DNA of 64,000 nt from Octopus vulgaris (taxonomy: Eukaryota): contig OX597829.1 in assembly GCA_951406725.2 (NCBI GenBank), forward strand, positions 43,772,001 through 43,836,000, written 5' to 3'. Each line of letters starts with the position of its first letter. The stretch's first letter is position 1. A program made the translations under genes and the position numbers. The notes beneath the pieces were generated by a model that was not told the DNA's origin, made no database searches, and saw only the letters and a program-made list of their open reading frames with translations. Below, in pieces: positions 15,508 through 31,340 of this stretch.

Positions 15508-15897
15508 GTGTATATGTATATATATATATGTGTGTGTGTGTGTGTGCGTTTGTCCCTCTCACCACCGTCTAACGGTGAATGGATACAACGTCTTAGATAC
15601 ATATATGCACATATAACCTTATACATATATACAAGTACACACAATCATATAGACGTTACACATACTCACAAATATACGTATAATCTTAAAGTATACACTC
15701 ATATACGCTTATCCATCTCTACATACATATATACATATACATATACTCACACACACACACATACACACACACACTTATATATATATAGTTACACCGGAGT
15801 AAGCACATATATGTGAAACAAGGTGGAAAAAACGAGTACTCAAATACCAGAGGTAGAGTAATATGCTTTCTTAAAAGCAGCAGAAATATAACAAAAG

Positions 15898-15935
15898 CTG
15901 TTACTCGGAGTTTCACGTTCCCGTTCATCGGAGAG
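15898..15935 (-). ncRNA. Minimal hammerhead-like motif, CCGAUGA core variant
   Basis: Minus strand: ctct-CCGATGA-acg(ggaa)cgt-GAA-ACTC(c)GAGT-A-acag. Confidence 0.55.
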
Positions 15936-16769
15936 TTTTGTTAAAATAGAACCGAAATAACAATTTGATCAAAACTAGTTAAAGGATACACCTTTAAAAA
16001 TGGATTTGTTTCATTGGTCCTTTCGAATAACGGTCTTAAGCAAGCGATAAACAAAATAAACAAAATAAATGAATTCAATATATATTTGTTATATATTTGT
16101 TATATTTTGCATGTCTTTTATCTAAAATTTTTATTATTATGCACTCAGCAATTTTTAAAAAATAATGTTTGTATTTACGTCAGATCCTAGACATGGTTTT
16201 ATGTGAATATTTGTATTGGCCTGCATATGTATTCGTATGCACGCGTCTATGTATATGTGTAAGTGAGCGTGTATGTTTATACTTATGCACATACATACAT
16301 GGATGTATATGTATGCATGTATTCACTTGAATTTATCTGGATGTGTATTTACGTACTTGTCTCTACATATTTATATATGTGTCCTTATATGTGTATTTAC
16401 TACTAATATACACTTTTATATACACATGTATACGTAGTTTTATTTTGTGAACGTTCGTTACGCATAGTCAGACTTCTTTCTTTCTTCCTTTCTTTCGTTA
16501 TTTTTTTCCTCTCCCTATTCGTTACTTGTATTGAGTCCTGTAACTTTACGCCCCTCTCCCCTTCTCTTACTCACGTCTTTAGCTTTCTGTTGCTTATAAG
16601 ATCGTTACCTTTTCTTCCCCCTCTCTGCGTTTTACTTCTAGTCTATATGTATACACCAAGTGATTTTTGCATGCGAGCAAGGTTGCGTATACATATGTGT
16701 ACGTGTATTTGTGTATATATTTTCGTTTTGCATTTATATGTCTGTATATGTATGTGGTCTATGTACATC

Positions 16770-17395
16770 AATTTGTCCCCCCAACATCGCTTGACAACCG
16801 ATGCTGGTGTGTTTACGTCCCCGTAACTTAGCGGTTCGGCAAAAAAGAGACCGATAGAATAAGTACTAGGCATACAAAGAATAAGTCTTGGGGTCGATTT
16901 GCTCGACAAAAGGCGATGCTCCAGCATGGCCGCAGTCAAATGACTGAAACAAGTAAAAGAGTAAAAAGAGAGTATCTTCTACAACAATTGGTGCTGGTGT
17001 GTTTACATCCCTGTAACTTAGCAGTTTGGCAAAAGAGAACTATAGAATAAGTGTCAAGCTAAAAAACAAAAAAGTACTAGGTCCATTCAACGAAAATTTC
17101 TTTAAGCCAGTGCCCCAACATGGCCGCAGTCTAATGTCAAGACAAATAAAAGAGTAAAAGAATATATATATATATGCATATTTATGTTTGTGTCGATGTT
17201 TGTCCAATCCCTATCGCTTGACAACCAATATTGGTGTGTTTTCGTCCTCGTAACGTGGCGGTTCGGCAAAATAAACTGATAGAATAAGTACTAGGCTTAC
17301 AAAGAATAAGTCCTGGGGTAGATCTCTTCGACTAAAACCCTTTAACGCGGTACCCCATTACAGCCGCAGTTAAATAATTGAAACAAGCAAAGAAA
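16770..17395 (+). mobile_element. Three tandem 3' halves of SINE family A
   Basis: gtgtgttt...gtaac..agc.gtt.ggcaaaa...agaataagt recurs at about 16810, 17000 and 17235. Confidence 0.8.
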
Positions 17396-17444
17396 AACAA
17401 ACATATGATCAAACAAATTGAGGTGTACACATACAAGCGTTTAT

Positions 17445-17768
17445 GTGTGTCCGTGCCCGTGTGTGTGTGTGTACGTGTGTGTGCCTGTGTCCGTGTGTGT
17501 GTGTGTGTGTGTACGTGTGTGTGTCCGTGTGTGTACGTGTGTGTGTCCGTGTCCGTGTGTGTGTCCGTGTCCGTGTGTGTGTCCGTGTCCGTGTGTGTGT
17601 CCGTGTCCGTGTGTGTGTGTGTACGTGTGTGTGTCCGTGTCCGTGTGTGTGTGTGTACGTGTGTGTGTCCGTGTCCGTGTGTGTGTCCGTGTACGTGTGT
17701 GTGTGTGTACGTGTGTGTGTCCGTGTCCGTGTGTGTGTCCGTGTCCGTGTGTGTGTCCGTATCCGTGC
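17445..17768. repeat. Compound (GT)n / (GTGTCC)n repeat
   Basis: Direct inspection. Confidence 0.9.
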
Positions 17769-17886
17769 GGGCATGGCATGGTTAAGAAATTCACTTCTCA
17801 ATGACATGTCTTCGGGTCCAGTTTTACTGCGCTGCACGAACAAGCCTTCCGGAATAGCCCCGAAAAAACCAATGCTATGTGAATGA

Positions 17887-18450
17887 ATTTGGTAGACACA
17901 CATGCATACATACATAGACCCGAAGACAAAGAAATAAGAACCCACAGCATGCTAGAAGCCATAGCCACTCATAATAAAAAGGAATACTGGTGGAATGTTC
18001 CAGTGAAGACATCAATAAAATGTAAGCACAACAGACCTGATATAATGATTTGGGATAGAGAAGAGAAACTCTGCACAGTTGTGAGAATAAGCTGCCCAGC
18101 GGATGTTAACATAAAGCTGAGGATCAGTGAAAAAGAGAATACCTATGCTGAACTATTAAAAAATCTATAGTCACTGTATCCGGATTACAAGTTCAGGTTT
18201 ATACCTGTAATTATTGGGGCTCTGGGATATGTAACACACTGCTTAAATACCAATCTTTAGAAATTGGGTTTCTCAGGACCAGAAAGGAAACAGTTAATTC
18301 GAAGACTACGGATCTTATCTATCACTGGAACTGTAAAAAATTTGTACAACTTTCCAGACGTTTATCATTTAAATATATATGAGAATGTCTAGATATGCAA
18401 CTATATGCATGAGAATGCAGGCATAAAATAAAACATACAAATTTGCACAT
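17887..18450 (+). pseudogene. 3' fragment of an RLE-type (R4/Dong-like) LINE
   Basis: WWNVPV...HNRPDIMIWD...ISCP...EKENTY, then after a stop YPDYKFRFIPVIIGALG: a restriction-like endonuclease signature. Confidence 0.82.
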
Positions 18451-19396
18451 ATACATACATACATACATACATACATACAGACAGACAGACAGACAAACAA
18501 AAATACCTTGTTGTTGATGTTGAAATTCTAATGAAGGAGCCTTAAATCTATGTTAGAAACTGAATGTTTCATTTTTGGCAAGAAGTCTTGGAAAAAAAAC
18601 TAAACACTCATGCATACATACATACATACATGCATACATACATACACACATACATACATACATACATACATACATACATACATACACACATACATATACA
18701 TACATACATACATACATACATACAAACATACAAACATACATATATACATACATAAATACATACATACATACATACATACATACATACATACATACATACA
18801 TACATACATACATACATACATACATACATACGTACATACATACATACATACATACATACATACACACATACGTACATACATACATACATACATACATACA
18901 TACATACATACATACATACATACATACATACATACACACACACATACATACATACATACATACATACATACATACATACATACATACATACATACATACA
19001 TACATACATACATACATACATACACACATACATGCATGCATACACACATACATACATACATACATACATACATACATACATACATACATACATACATACA
19101 TACATACATACATACATACATACATACATACATACATACATACATACATACATACATACATACATACATACATACATACATACATACATACATACATACA
19201 TACATACATACATACATACATACATACATACATGCATGCATACATACATACATACATACATACATACATACATACATACATACATACATACATACATACA
19301 TACATACATACATACATACACATACATACATACATACATACATACATACATACATGCATACATACATACATACACATACATACATACATACATACA

Positions 19397-19428
<32 letters not shown>

Positions 19429-19605
19429 CATGCATGCATGCATGCATACATACATACATACATACATACATACATACATACATACATACATACATACATA
19501 AATACATACATACATGCGTGTGTGCATACGTGTGTGTCTATGTGTAGGTACGTGCACACATATGTACGTATATACATTCGTGTACATGTGTATGTATAAA
19601 TGTTT

Positions 19606-20480
19606 CAGTGGTTAGGTCATTCGGCCCACGCTCGTTAGGTTGTGAGTTCGATTACCGGCAGCGCGTTGTGTCCTTGAGCAAGGCATTTTATATCACGTTG
19701 CTCCGGTCCATTTAGCTGGCCAAAATGAGATTTGTACCTGCATTTCAAAGGGGCCAGCTTTGTTATGTTCTGTCCCACGTTAATGGTACTCGTGCGAGCT
19801 GGCAGAAACGTTAGCACGCCGGGCGAAACGCTTAGCGGTATTCCGTCTGCCGTTACATTCTGAGTTCAAATTCCGCCGAGGTCGACTTTGCCTTTCATCC
19901 TTTCGGGGTCGATAAATTAAGTACCAGTTACGCACTGGGGTCGATGTAATCGACTTAATCCGTTTGTCTGTCCTTGTTTGTCTCCTCTGTATTTAACCCC
20001 TTGTGGGTAGTAATGAAATAGGTATTTCGTTCTGAGTTCAAATTCCGCCGACGTCAACTTTGCCTTTCATCCTTTCGGGGTCGATAAATTAAGTACCAGT
20101 TACGCACTGGGGTCGATGTAATCGACTTAATACCTATGTCTGTCCTTGTTTGTCCTCTTTGTGTTTAGCCCCTTGTGGGTAGTAAAGAAATAGGTATTTC
20201 GTCTGCCGTTACGTTCAGAGTTCAAATTCCGCCGACGTCAACTTTGCCTTTCATCCTTTCGGGGTCGATAAATTAAGTACCAGTTACGCACTGGAGTCGA
20301 TGTAATCGACTTAATACCTATGTCTGTCCTTGTTTGTCCTCTCTGTGTTTAGCCACTTGAGGGTAATAAAGAAATAGGTACTCGTGTCTGTGGAGTGCTC
20401 AGAGACTTGTACGTTACTTTAACGAACAGGCTGTTCTGTTGATCGGATCAAATGGAACCTGAGTCGTCGCAACCGACGAA
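19606..20480 (+). mobile_element. Family C-related SINE with a nested family B trimer (19795-20380)
   Basis: The host SINE is split by the insert, with TSD ggtactcgtg at about 19785-19794 and 20377-20386. Confidence 0.85.
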
Positions 20481-21422
20481 ATACCAGTTTGATACATTTA
20501 TGCTTATAAGCATACATGTATGCATTCTGTAAATACGTGAATAGCACCGATAATGTATGCATGTATTCTCATAATAATGCACATACATTGTGGTGTAGAT
20601 ATTTCCTAGCGTGAATTTTTTTTTTTTTAGCAATAAAATATTCATAATGCCTGTAAAGCTATGTATACATACTGTTGAGGAACATATATATATGAAATAT
20701 AAAACGCAAACTTATTTATTCACCCATGTATAGAAACATGTGAATATATTATAACACAAGAACACAGGCTCGAGATATGCCTGCACAGATGCAACCGCAG
20801 AAACACGCATAATTACATATATGCGTATAAGTATATGTTTCTGTATATATACATATGATTTATGCAGCGTATCACTATCAAATAAAACATAGATATAACT
20901 AAGGATGTCTTTTCGTATATGTATCTGTACGTTACTTGTATATGCAACATGGCAGTGTAAAATAATTCCCCGAGAAATTACTTTCGCTACGACGAATAAT
21001 TAACAAGAAAATATTTAGAACTTCATGTATAATGCTTACATGCAGAATATAAATTGAGAAAAATACACATGCATGCATATGTAAATGCATAGACAGTCCC
21101 CATGCATATGTGTGTGTTTGTGTGTGTGTGTGTGTGTGTGTAGGTGTGTGTATACATCTATGTGTTTATATATACATGCATACATAAAACTATATGTTTA
21201 TATGTGTATATATATATTTTCATATGCATATGTAAACATATATATATATACATATATACATATATATATATATATATGTACACACATATATATATACACG
21301 TACATGTATATATACATTACATATACATACATATATATATATATATATACATACACACACATATACACATATACATATACATATACATATATATATATAT
21401 ACACATATATATATACATATAC

Positions 21423-21580
<158 letters not shown>

Positions 21581-21761
21581 GTATGTATATGTATATATAT
21601 AAATGGTTATATGCATACATGTATGAAAGGAAAAGGAAAACAATGAAAATAAAAGAAATCCAACAGGAAATTGATGACAGAAAAATATCCTAGAATATCA
21701 CCGATGAATTAGCGATAGAGAGATAAAAGACGCAGAGTGCTGAAGAAAAAAATGAGCGAGA

Positions 21762-21833
<72 letters not shown>

Positions 21834-23478
21834 AAAGAGATTGATAGATAGGTAGAGAAGGGGAAGAGAGAAAGAGACTGAGAGAGAGGCAGAATGAAAG
21901 AAAGGTTGAGTGAAAGAGAAGGGCTCAGAGAGAAATAGTGAGAGGTGTATAAAGAGATACGCAGTTTAAAAGTGGAAGATAGAAAGAAGAAAGGATGCGA
22001 GAATATGAAAAGAGAGAAAAAAAAAGTACAAAGAGCAATGAGAAGCCTTTCTAAGCATTCTAAAATAGCAGAAAACTTAATAAAGAAATAAGAATAAAAA
22101 GCAAAACATTTAAAGCAGATGCAATTTGAAGGAAATAAGAGTTATAAGAGAAAAGACGCAAATAAAAAGTAGAAATGTCAACGCAGAGAGATATAATGTG
22201 AACAGCACATCTTAAAAGACAAGCAAAAATTTTTAGCTTGATCTGATTTGTCACGGTTCGTGACTGCAGTGATAGCAAATTGCTAACGGATCTGTTCATG
22301 AGAAAGATTTCTAAAGAAAACCTTTGACAATATACAATCCTTGCAGCGAAAAATCCAGCTACTGATTCTTACACGCGCTTCCACAACCACCGGATGTTCC
22401 GCCAGTCACCATTTGCTTTGACGTCATCATCACCTATCACTTACAGCCAAAATGGCCGCTTTGTGTAGCGCGCGGATGAGTCTTGCTGGATCGTTTGACC
22501 ACCGAAGTTCCCGTTCTCAAAGGTTTTTAGTTGTACAATAATTTCCGCACGAGCTAGATTTCGGAAATTGTAGGAAAACCACTGCTAGAAATGAAAAGCG
22601 GTCTCGTGAAGCGGTAGTAATGTGATTTGTCTTTTGTTTATCAATGTTAACACAAATCATCCACACACTCGCTCACTTCCCTTACACTCTTGCTCCGTAT
22701 GACCCACCGAAAGAAATAGAAGCGCGTATGCATGTCTCTAGACTGTCTGCCTCAGACAGTCCGAGAAAAGATCTTTCCGCTGAAGGTGAAACCTTTTACT
22801 CTGCAAACGAAAGCTAACGTAGAATGGAAATTGAGGCCAATGTAGGAAGCGGCTAAAAGGTGGTAAATTATACTTTTCTTTTATTTTTTACAGATATTTA
22901 GCATTCATTATTCATTTTTTTATCATGTTTTATACAAGATTTTTTTGATTAATTTTTTTTATTCAGTTTTTGAGTATGTTTTATTTGCCCATTCATTCAT
23001 ATATATTTTGTTCTCTAACATATTGTTTTCTTTTTTTTTATTTTGTTCTGTTTGAAAGATTGGGTCTTCGACGGCGACCAGAGATGGAAATGAGTTTAAA
23101 TTTACGATAATCGAGGAGAAAAATATTAAATTAGAGAAGCAAACATAAAAAAATAGAAGCAGGCCTGAGATAATACAGTATACATAGATATATGCATATA
23201 CATACATACATACGTACGTACATACATACATACATATATACATACATACGTACGTACGTACATACATATATACGTGCATACATATATATATATATATATA
23301 CATATATACATTCATACATATATACATATAAAAATTCATACATTCATTCATACATACATACATACATACACAAATACATATATACAAACATACATACATG
23401 CATTCATACATACATACATACATACATACATACATACATACATACATACATACATGCATTCATACATACATACATACA

Positions 23479-23510
<32 letters not shown>

Positions 23511-23592
23511 CATTCATACATATGTGTACCTGTATATATAGGTATATACGTAGACGTTAATATATGTCTATGTGCATGTTAACATATAGATC

Positions 23593-23662
<70 letters not shown>

Positions 23663-23680
23663 AAACAATTAAACAAAGCG

Positions 23681-23767
<87 letters not shown>

Positions 23768-24288
23768 AACAAAACACGGCAGTAGAACTGGAAACTAAGA
23801 GATAACTAAGAGGGACAGATATTAGAAGAGATATTGAGATAATGACATGCGCAGAGATCATCACTGAAGACAAAGAGACTGGAAGGAGAAAGAAAGAAAG
23901 AAAGAAAGAAAGAAGTACAATCCGTACATACACATGTACAGGCATGCATACATACATACATACATACATACATAAATGCATACACACACATACACATAAG
24001 TGCATGCACTCACACATACATACATATGCACATACATAAATACATACATACATCTATGTGCACATAAATGCGCAACCATAAAGAAATACACGCACATGCA
24101 TGCACATGGACACACACGCACACAAGGAATGGTATCTATAATTATGTTGTCTGGTAGTGAAAAAGATATGCGTGAGTGTGCGTGAATGTGTGTGTGTGTG
24201 TGCATACATAGGCAAACACAGGGAGAAGAAAGAGCATTTTCTTTTTTTTCTCTCTGTATCTCTGTATCTTTCTGTCTTTGTCTAATAG

Positions 24289-24336
<48 letters not shown>

Positions 24337-24373
24337 AATACACACACACACATATATGTGTATGTATATATAT

Positions 24374-24492
<119 letters not shown>

Positions 24493-24501
24493 GACAGAGA
24501 T

Positions 24502-24546
<45 letters not shown>

Positions 24547-24605
24547 CAAACAGATAGAGAGATAGAGACAGACAGACAGACAGACAGACAGATCGAAAGA
24601 CAGAC

Positions 24606-24712
<107 letters not shown>

Positions 24713-25317
24713 AAACTTGAAGAGATAATAAATTGAACATAAAAAAATTTTTAAAAACCAAAATTGAAAATACAAAAGGTTTGTGTGGCAGCGTCAAAAG
24801 GGAACAAAGCAAAAACGCCAGAAACTGACAAACAAACAATCGGTCAGCGGAAAAAGAAAGGATATGAAACGAAACTTGAGATTATGTTTAAAAGGAAAAG
24901 CAAAGCGGTTGGTTGATATGATAGAAGGACGACGAGTGGAGTTGATTACACGAGTCGATTTTATTATGGGTAAGGTGTCAGCCACAAATACATATATGGG
25001 TAGGTGAGAAATAGCTGGAAAGGTGGGTAGCAAGCAGATGAAGTGTGTGTGGGGTTAAAAAAAAAAGGAAATAGCGACTTTCAGCGGCGGTGGTGGTGGT
25101 AGTAGTGGTGGGGTGGTGGAGAGGATGTAGAGGTGGGTTAGGGTGGGATGGGGGTGAGGGTGGGGGAAACGTGTTGTTTACCGTTGAACATAAAACCTGG
25201 AACGAGGATTATTGCTCAGATATTCTACACCATTATTGTTGACAACAACAACAACAACAACAGCAACAACAACAACCGAAAAATACAAAAATTAGACAAA
25301 ATCTAATGCTGCTTATC

Positions 25318-25327
25318 ATGATGATGT

Positions 25328-25379
<52 letters not shown>

Positions 25380-26745
25380 AATGATGATGATGATGACGAT
25401 GATGATGATGATGATGATGATGATGACGGTAATGATGATTATGGTGATGTGGATAATGATGATGGTAATGATGACGATGATGATGATGGTAATAATGATG
25501 ATGACGATGATGATGATGAGGAGGAGGAGGATAATGATGATGGTAATGATGACGATGATGATGATGGTAATAATGATGATGACGATGATGATGATGATGA
25601 GGAGGAGGATAATGATGATGGTAATGATGACGATGATGATGAGGAGGAGGAGGAGGATAATGATGATGGTAATGATGACGATGATGATGATGGTAATAAT
25701 GATGATGACGATGATGATGATGAGGAGGAGGAGGAGGAGGAATGATGATGGTAATGATGACGATGATGATGATGGTAATAATGATGATGACGATGATGAT
25801 GATGATGAGGCGGAGGAGGATAATGATGATGGTAATGATGACGATGATGATGAGGAGGAGGAGGAGGATAATGATGATGGTAATGATGATGATGACGATG
25901 ATGGTAATAATGATGATGACGATGATGATGATGATTAGGCAGAGGAGGATAATGATGATGGTAATGATGACGATGATGATAAGGAGGAGGAGGAGGATAA
26001 TGATGATGGTAATGATGACGATGATGATGATGGTAATAATGATGATGACGATGATGATGATGATGAGGAGGAGGAGGATAATGATGATGGTAATGATGAC
26101 GATGATGATGAGGAGGAGGAGGATAATGTTGATGGTAATGATGACGATGATGATGATGGTAATAATGATGATGACGATGATGATGATGATGAGGAGGAGG
26201 AGGATAATGATGATGGTAATGATGACGATGATGATGATGAGGAGGAGGAGGATAATGATGATGGTAATGATGACGATGATGATGATGGTAATAATGATGA
26301 TGACGATGATGATGATGATGAGGAGGAGGAGGATAATGATGATGGTAATGATGACGATGATAATGATGGTAATAATGATGATGACGATGATGATGATGAT
26401 GAGGAGGAGGAGGATAATGATGATGGTAATGATGACGATGAAGATGATGGTAATAATGATGATGACGATGATGATGATGATGAGGAGGAGGAGGATAATG
26501 ATGATGGTAATGATGACGATAATGATGATGGTAATAATGATGATGACGATGATGATGATGAGGAGGAGGAGGATAATGATGATGATAATGATGACGATGA
26601 TGATGATGGCAATAATGATGATGACGATGATGATGATGATGATGAGGGGGAGGATAATGATGATGATAATGATGACGATGATGATGATGGTAATAATGAT
26701 GATGACGATGATGATGATGATAATGGTAATGATGATGAGGACGAT
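25318..26745. repeat. Higher-order (GAT/GAG/AAT) trinucleotide satellite
   Basis: Recurrent about 80-bp unit (gag)n-gataatgatgatggtaatgatgac(gat)n-ggtaataat..., with about 45-bp truncated variants. Confidence 0.92.
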
Positions 26746-27049
26746 AGTAGTAGTAGTAGTCGTAGTGGTGGTGGTGGTGGTGGTGGTGATAGTAGTAGTA
26801 GTAGTAGTAGTAACTCAAGGCTTGAATACATTGATGCCAGTTCTTGGCTGGTGCTTATGTTATCGACCCCGAAAGGGTTGAAAAGCACGAGAAGGTCAAG
26901 ACGGACGAAATGCCGCTAAGCACTTTGTCCGACGCGATAACAAGATGGCATCTCGCCGACTTAATAATAATAATAATAATAATGTATTGAACATAGTTTT
27001 AAACTGGTAAACTCAGAACCAACGAACAGCATTAACAATGCCAACTCCA

Positions 27050-27344
27050 CCATCATCAGTATCATCATAATCGTCGTCATCGTCGTCGAGGTCATCATCA
27101 TCATCAGCAGCAGCAGAAGCAGCAGCAGAAGCAGCAGCAGAAGCAGCACCACCACCACCACAACCACCACCATCATCAGCAGCAGCAGCACCACCACCAC
27201 TACAACCACAATCACCACCACCACCACCACCACAACCACCACCATCATCGTCATCAGCAGCAGCAGCAGTAGCAGCAGCTCCACCACCACCACCACCACC
27301 ACCACTACCACAACCACTATCATCATCATCATCAGCAGCAGCAG

Positions 27345-27425
<81 letters not shown>

Positions 27426-27470
27426 TATCATCATCATCATCATCAACGCCAACAACGACAACAGCAACAT
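27050..27470. repeat. Compound (CAT/CAG/CAC)n repeat
   Basis: Direct inspection. Confidence 0.9.
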
Positions 27471-27765
27471 CGCCAACAAAGAACTCCTCAGTGGAATTTT
27501 GCTCCAGTACCATGGAATACGAACGAAGCGAGAGTCATCGTTATCAATAGAAATACGTTGGTCGTGCAATATGTGACTTGTAGTAGCTACGACGTCTTAA
27601 ACGATCTGACCAGCAGAAACTAAACTTTTGAATATTACACAATTAGTGTGTTCATTCGGTATGAGATAATTAAAGTGGAGAAAAATATATTAACTGAAAG
27701 TCCGGGAGAGATATTTCAACATTATATAAGCTATCACAAACGAAACCCCCCTATATCTATAACTA

Positions 27766-27820
<55 letters not shown>

Positions 27821-27844
27821 ATATCTATCTATCGATCTATCTAA

Positions 27845-27910
<66 letters not shown>

Positions 27911-27931
27911 GTCTATGTATCTGGCTGTCTG

Positions 27932-27968
<37 letters not shown>

Positions 27969-28358
27969 ATATATATATATATATATCCATCTATCTATCT
28001 ATCTATACACACACATATATAATGTATATATCAATATCTATATATCTATACATGTGTGTATATATACGGAGGTGCGTATTTATGTATATGTGTGTGTGTG
28101 CGCGTGTATGCGTGTATATATATATATATATATATATGAATGTATATATATGCGTATGTGTATATATGTGTGTGTATATATATATATATGCGTATGTGTA
28201 TATGTGTGTATGTGTATATATGTGTGTGTATACATATATATGTGTGTATATATGTGTGTGTATATATATATGTGTATGTGTATATGTGTGTATATGTGTG
28301 TATATGCGTGTGTATATATGTGTGTGTATGCGTGTGTATGTCTGTGTGCGTATGTATG

Positions 28359-28423
<65 letters not shown>

Positions 28424-28564
28424 TGTGTTTTAGTACAACGAATCATTCTTTTCCTCTCATTTAACATAACACAGCCAAAGGAAAATATGCGTATAATGTG
28501 TACATTATGAACTTATGTATGTATGTGCGTACACATACAGATATAAATATATGTGCATATATAT

Positions 28565-28628
<64 letters not shown>

Positions 28629-29198
28629 TGGATATATATGTATATATATATAATATATATATATATTTATATATATATATATATATATATATACATACAG
28701 AAAGAGAGAGAGAGAGAGTATATGTGTGTATATGCGTGTGTATGTACGCACACATGCACACATATGTACACATAAATATATATGTAAATACATGTGTGTA
28801 TGTGTGCGTATGACGACGCATGCACAGGTGTATATTCGAAGCCACTTGCAGATTTTGAGTTCCGTCTTTACCATTCCAAGTTCTGTCCGCAAAATATTTC
28901 ATTCTTTCTTCTTTCCAATGAAAAATCATAAAAATTATATATTTTCCAAAGTTTAGCCAATTACGTTAATTACCCATGTTGCTGCATGATGCAAGGCACC
29001 CGACATACATCCGGCATAAGAGACATATAATTCCTTTTATCTAAACCGACGGTGCTCTGGAAGCAAAATGGTAAAAGAAAAGAAAAAAATAAAAAAAAAT
29101 AAAAGGAAAAATTGAAATCAAATGTAACAATATTTTGTGCACGTAGATAGACACACAAACGCTTCCACACATAGACGCACAAGCATGCAAGCATGCAC

Positions 29199-29233
<35 letters not shown>

Positions 29234-29629
29234 CATACACGCACTGACATAGACGCATACTTGTCTATGTTTACACGCGGATAAGTACACGGATAACACA
29301 TATACACACATGCAAACACACACATACACATATATAGGTACGTGTGTGTATTTATATATATATGTGTGTATATATATATATATATGTATATGTATGTGTA
29401 CATATATATATATATATGTGTGTGTATATATATGTATATATATGTGTGTGTGTATATATATATGAATATATACATGTATATATATATATATATATATGCG
29501 TGTGTGAGTGTCTATATATGTATATATATATATCCATGCATATATGTATATGTGTATATATATGTGTGTATGTATGTATGTATGTATGTATGTATGTATG
29601 TATGTATGTATGTATGTATGTATGTATGT

Positions 29630-29676
<47 letters not shown>

Positions 29677-29677
29677 T

Positions 29678-29741
<64 letters not shown>

Positions 29742-30123
29742 ATTGATAGATAGATAGATAGGCATTTACAAGTATATATTTGAATTTATTTGGTAAGGAA
29801 TCCAGCGTAAGACTCTTCATACACATACATACTCGCGCGCACAAACACAGATTTCTGATGAAGGAACGTAGAAAGGTGTGTCTTTGAAAGTATCCCATTC
29901 TCACTGGATATGCTTACAATATGATGATACCAGTAACTGTGATAACAGTATATAGATATGTACATTTATCATTGAGAAATGTTACATTGAGAATATGTGA
30001 AAATTATAGCATTCCCAAGAATATTAGCAGAGCTTGTGTAATTATTTGCTCCGAAATTTTTTCATTGTAATTAGCGTGTTCATGATTACTACGGTCACAG
30101 ACAGAAGATAATGTACTAAATTT

Positions 30124-30358
30124 AAGGCGGCGAGCTGGCAGAAACGTTAGCACGCCGGGCGAAATGCGTAGCCGTAATTCGTCTGCCGTTACGTTCTGAG
30201 TTCAAATTCCACCGAGGTCGACTTTACCTTTCATCCATTCGAGGTCGATAAATTAAGTACCAGTTATGCACTGGGGTCGATATAATTGACACTTAATCCG
30301 TTTGTCTGTCCTTGTTTGTCCCCTCTGTGTTTAGCCCCTTGTGGGTAGTAAAGAAATA
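30124..30358 (+). mobile_element. SINE family B copy
   Basis: TSD ataatgtactaaattt. Confidence 0.9.
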
Positions 30359-30534
30359 TATAATGTACTAAATTTTCTATTTATGCACTAGTGAGTTTGC
30401 AGACAATGCGGTAAGTTTGCAGAATCCCTCGAACAATATATACTTTTCCATATTTCTTTCGGGTGTTTGCGTTCCCACTTCATTCTCTCGGCTCGGGCCT
30501 ACTTTATATTTCGTCTCACCAGAGATGATATTAG

Positions 30535-30912
30535 GAAGCACTCCGTCGGTTACGACGACGAGGGTTCCGGTTGATCCGATCAACGGAACAGCCTGCTCGT
30601 GAAATTAACGTGTAAGTGGCTGAGCACTCCACAGACACGTGCACCCTTAACGTAGTTCTCGGGGATATTCAGCGTGACACAGAGAGTGACAAGGCCGGCC
30701 CTTTGAAATACAGTTACAACAGAAACAGGAAGTAAGAGTGAGAGAGTTGTGGTGAAAGAGTACAGCAGGGATCACCACCATCCCCTGCCGGAGCCTTGTG
30801 GAGCTTTTAGGTGTTTTCGCTCAATAAACACTCACAACGCCCGGTCTGGGAATCGAAACCGCGATCCTACGACCGCGAGTCCGCTGCCCTAACCACTGGG
30901 CCATTGCGCCTC
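30535..30912 (-). mobile_element. SINE family C (tRNA-derived, about 380 bp)
   Basis: Head gaggcgcaatggcccagtggttagggcagcggactcgcgg...gtttcgattccc; near-identical to 61724-62103. Confidence 0.9.
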
Positions 30913-31340
30913 AATATCAGAGATTATATAATAAAGTAGCAACCAAGTACTGCGGTTGGAGCGACAATATTGACTAACCTCAATATTTTTGGAATTTTTG
31001 AACTTGTAACTATATTACAAATCATTATTGTAAAATAGTTGTAGAATCGCAGAATTCTTACAGCATCGAAAAAAAAATTTTTTCTAGACATTTCTTCCTG
31101 TTACTTACACTACGACTACAAATCACTTCTATAAAATAAAGTACCTGTCAAGCACAATAGTCGATCGTATCAACTAACCCCTTCCTTTTAAAATTGCTGG
31201 TCGCGTGCCGAAATTTGTAGCTATTATTATTATTTTGTTTATTTTATCGGCAACACGTTGCTCAGAGTCTCTTTCAAATTTGTTTCTCTCTTTAGATGTC
31301 CTAAAGTTGTTAAGTTTTGAAATCTTATATAATATTCGTT

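Noticed and set aside
18553-19599. 300+ aa ORFs (MYVC/HTYI repeats) and all similar low-complexity ORFs in the window
   Set aside because: They are translations of stop-free (TACA)n, (TA)n and (CA)n microsatellites.
25306-27569. His-, Met-, Asp- and Ser-rich ORFs suggestive of structural or biomineral proteins
   Set aside because: They are open in several frames and on both strands of a trinucleotide satellite; the frame shifts mid-array and there is no signal peptide or splice support.
29855-29905. CTGATGA...GAAA hammerhead candidate
   Set aside because: No convincing stems I-III.
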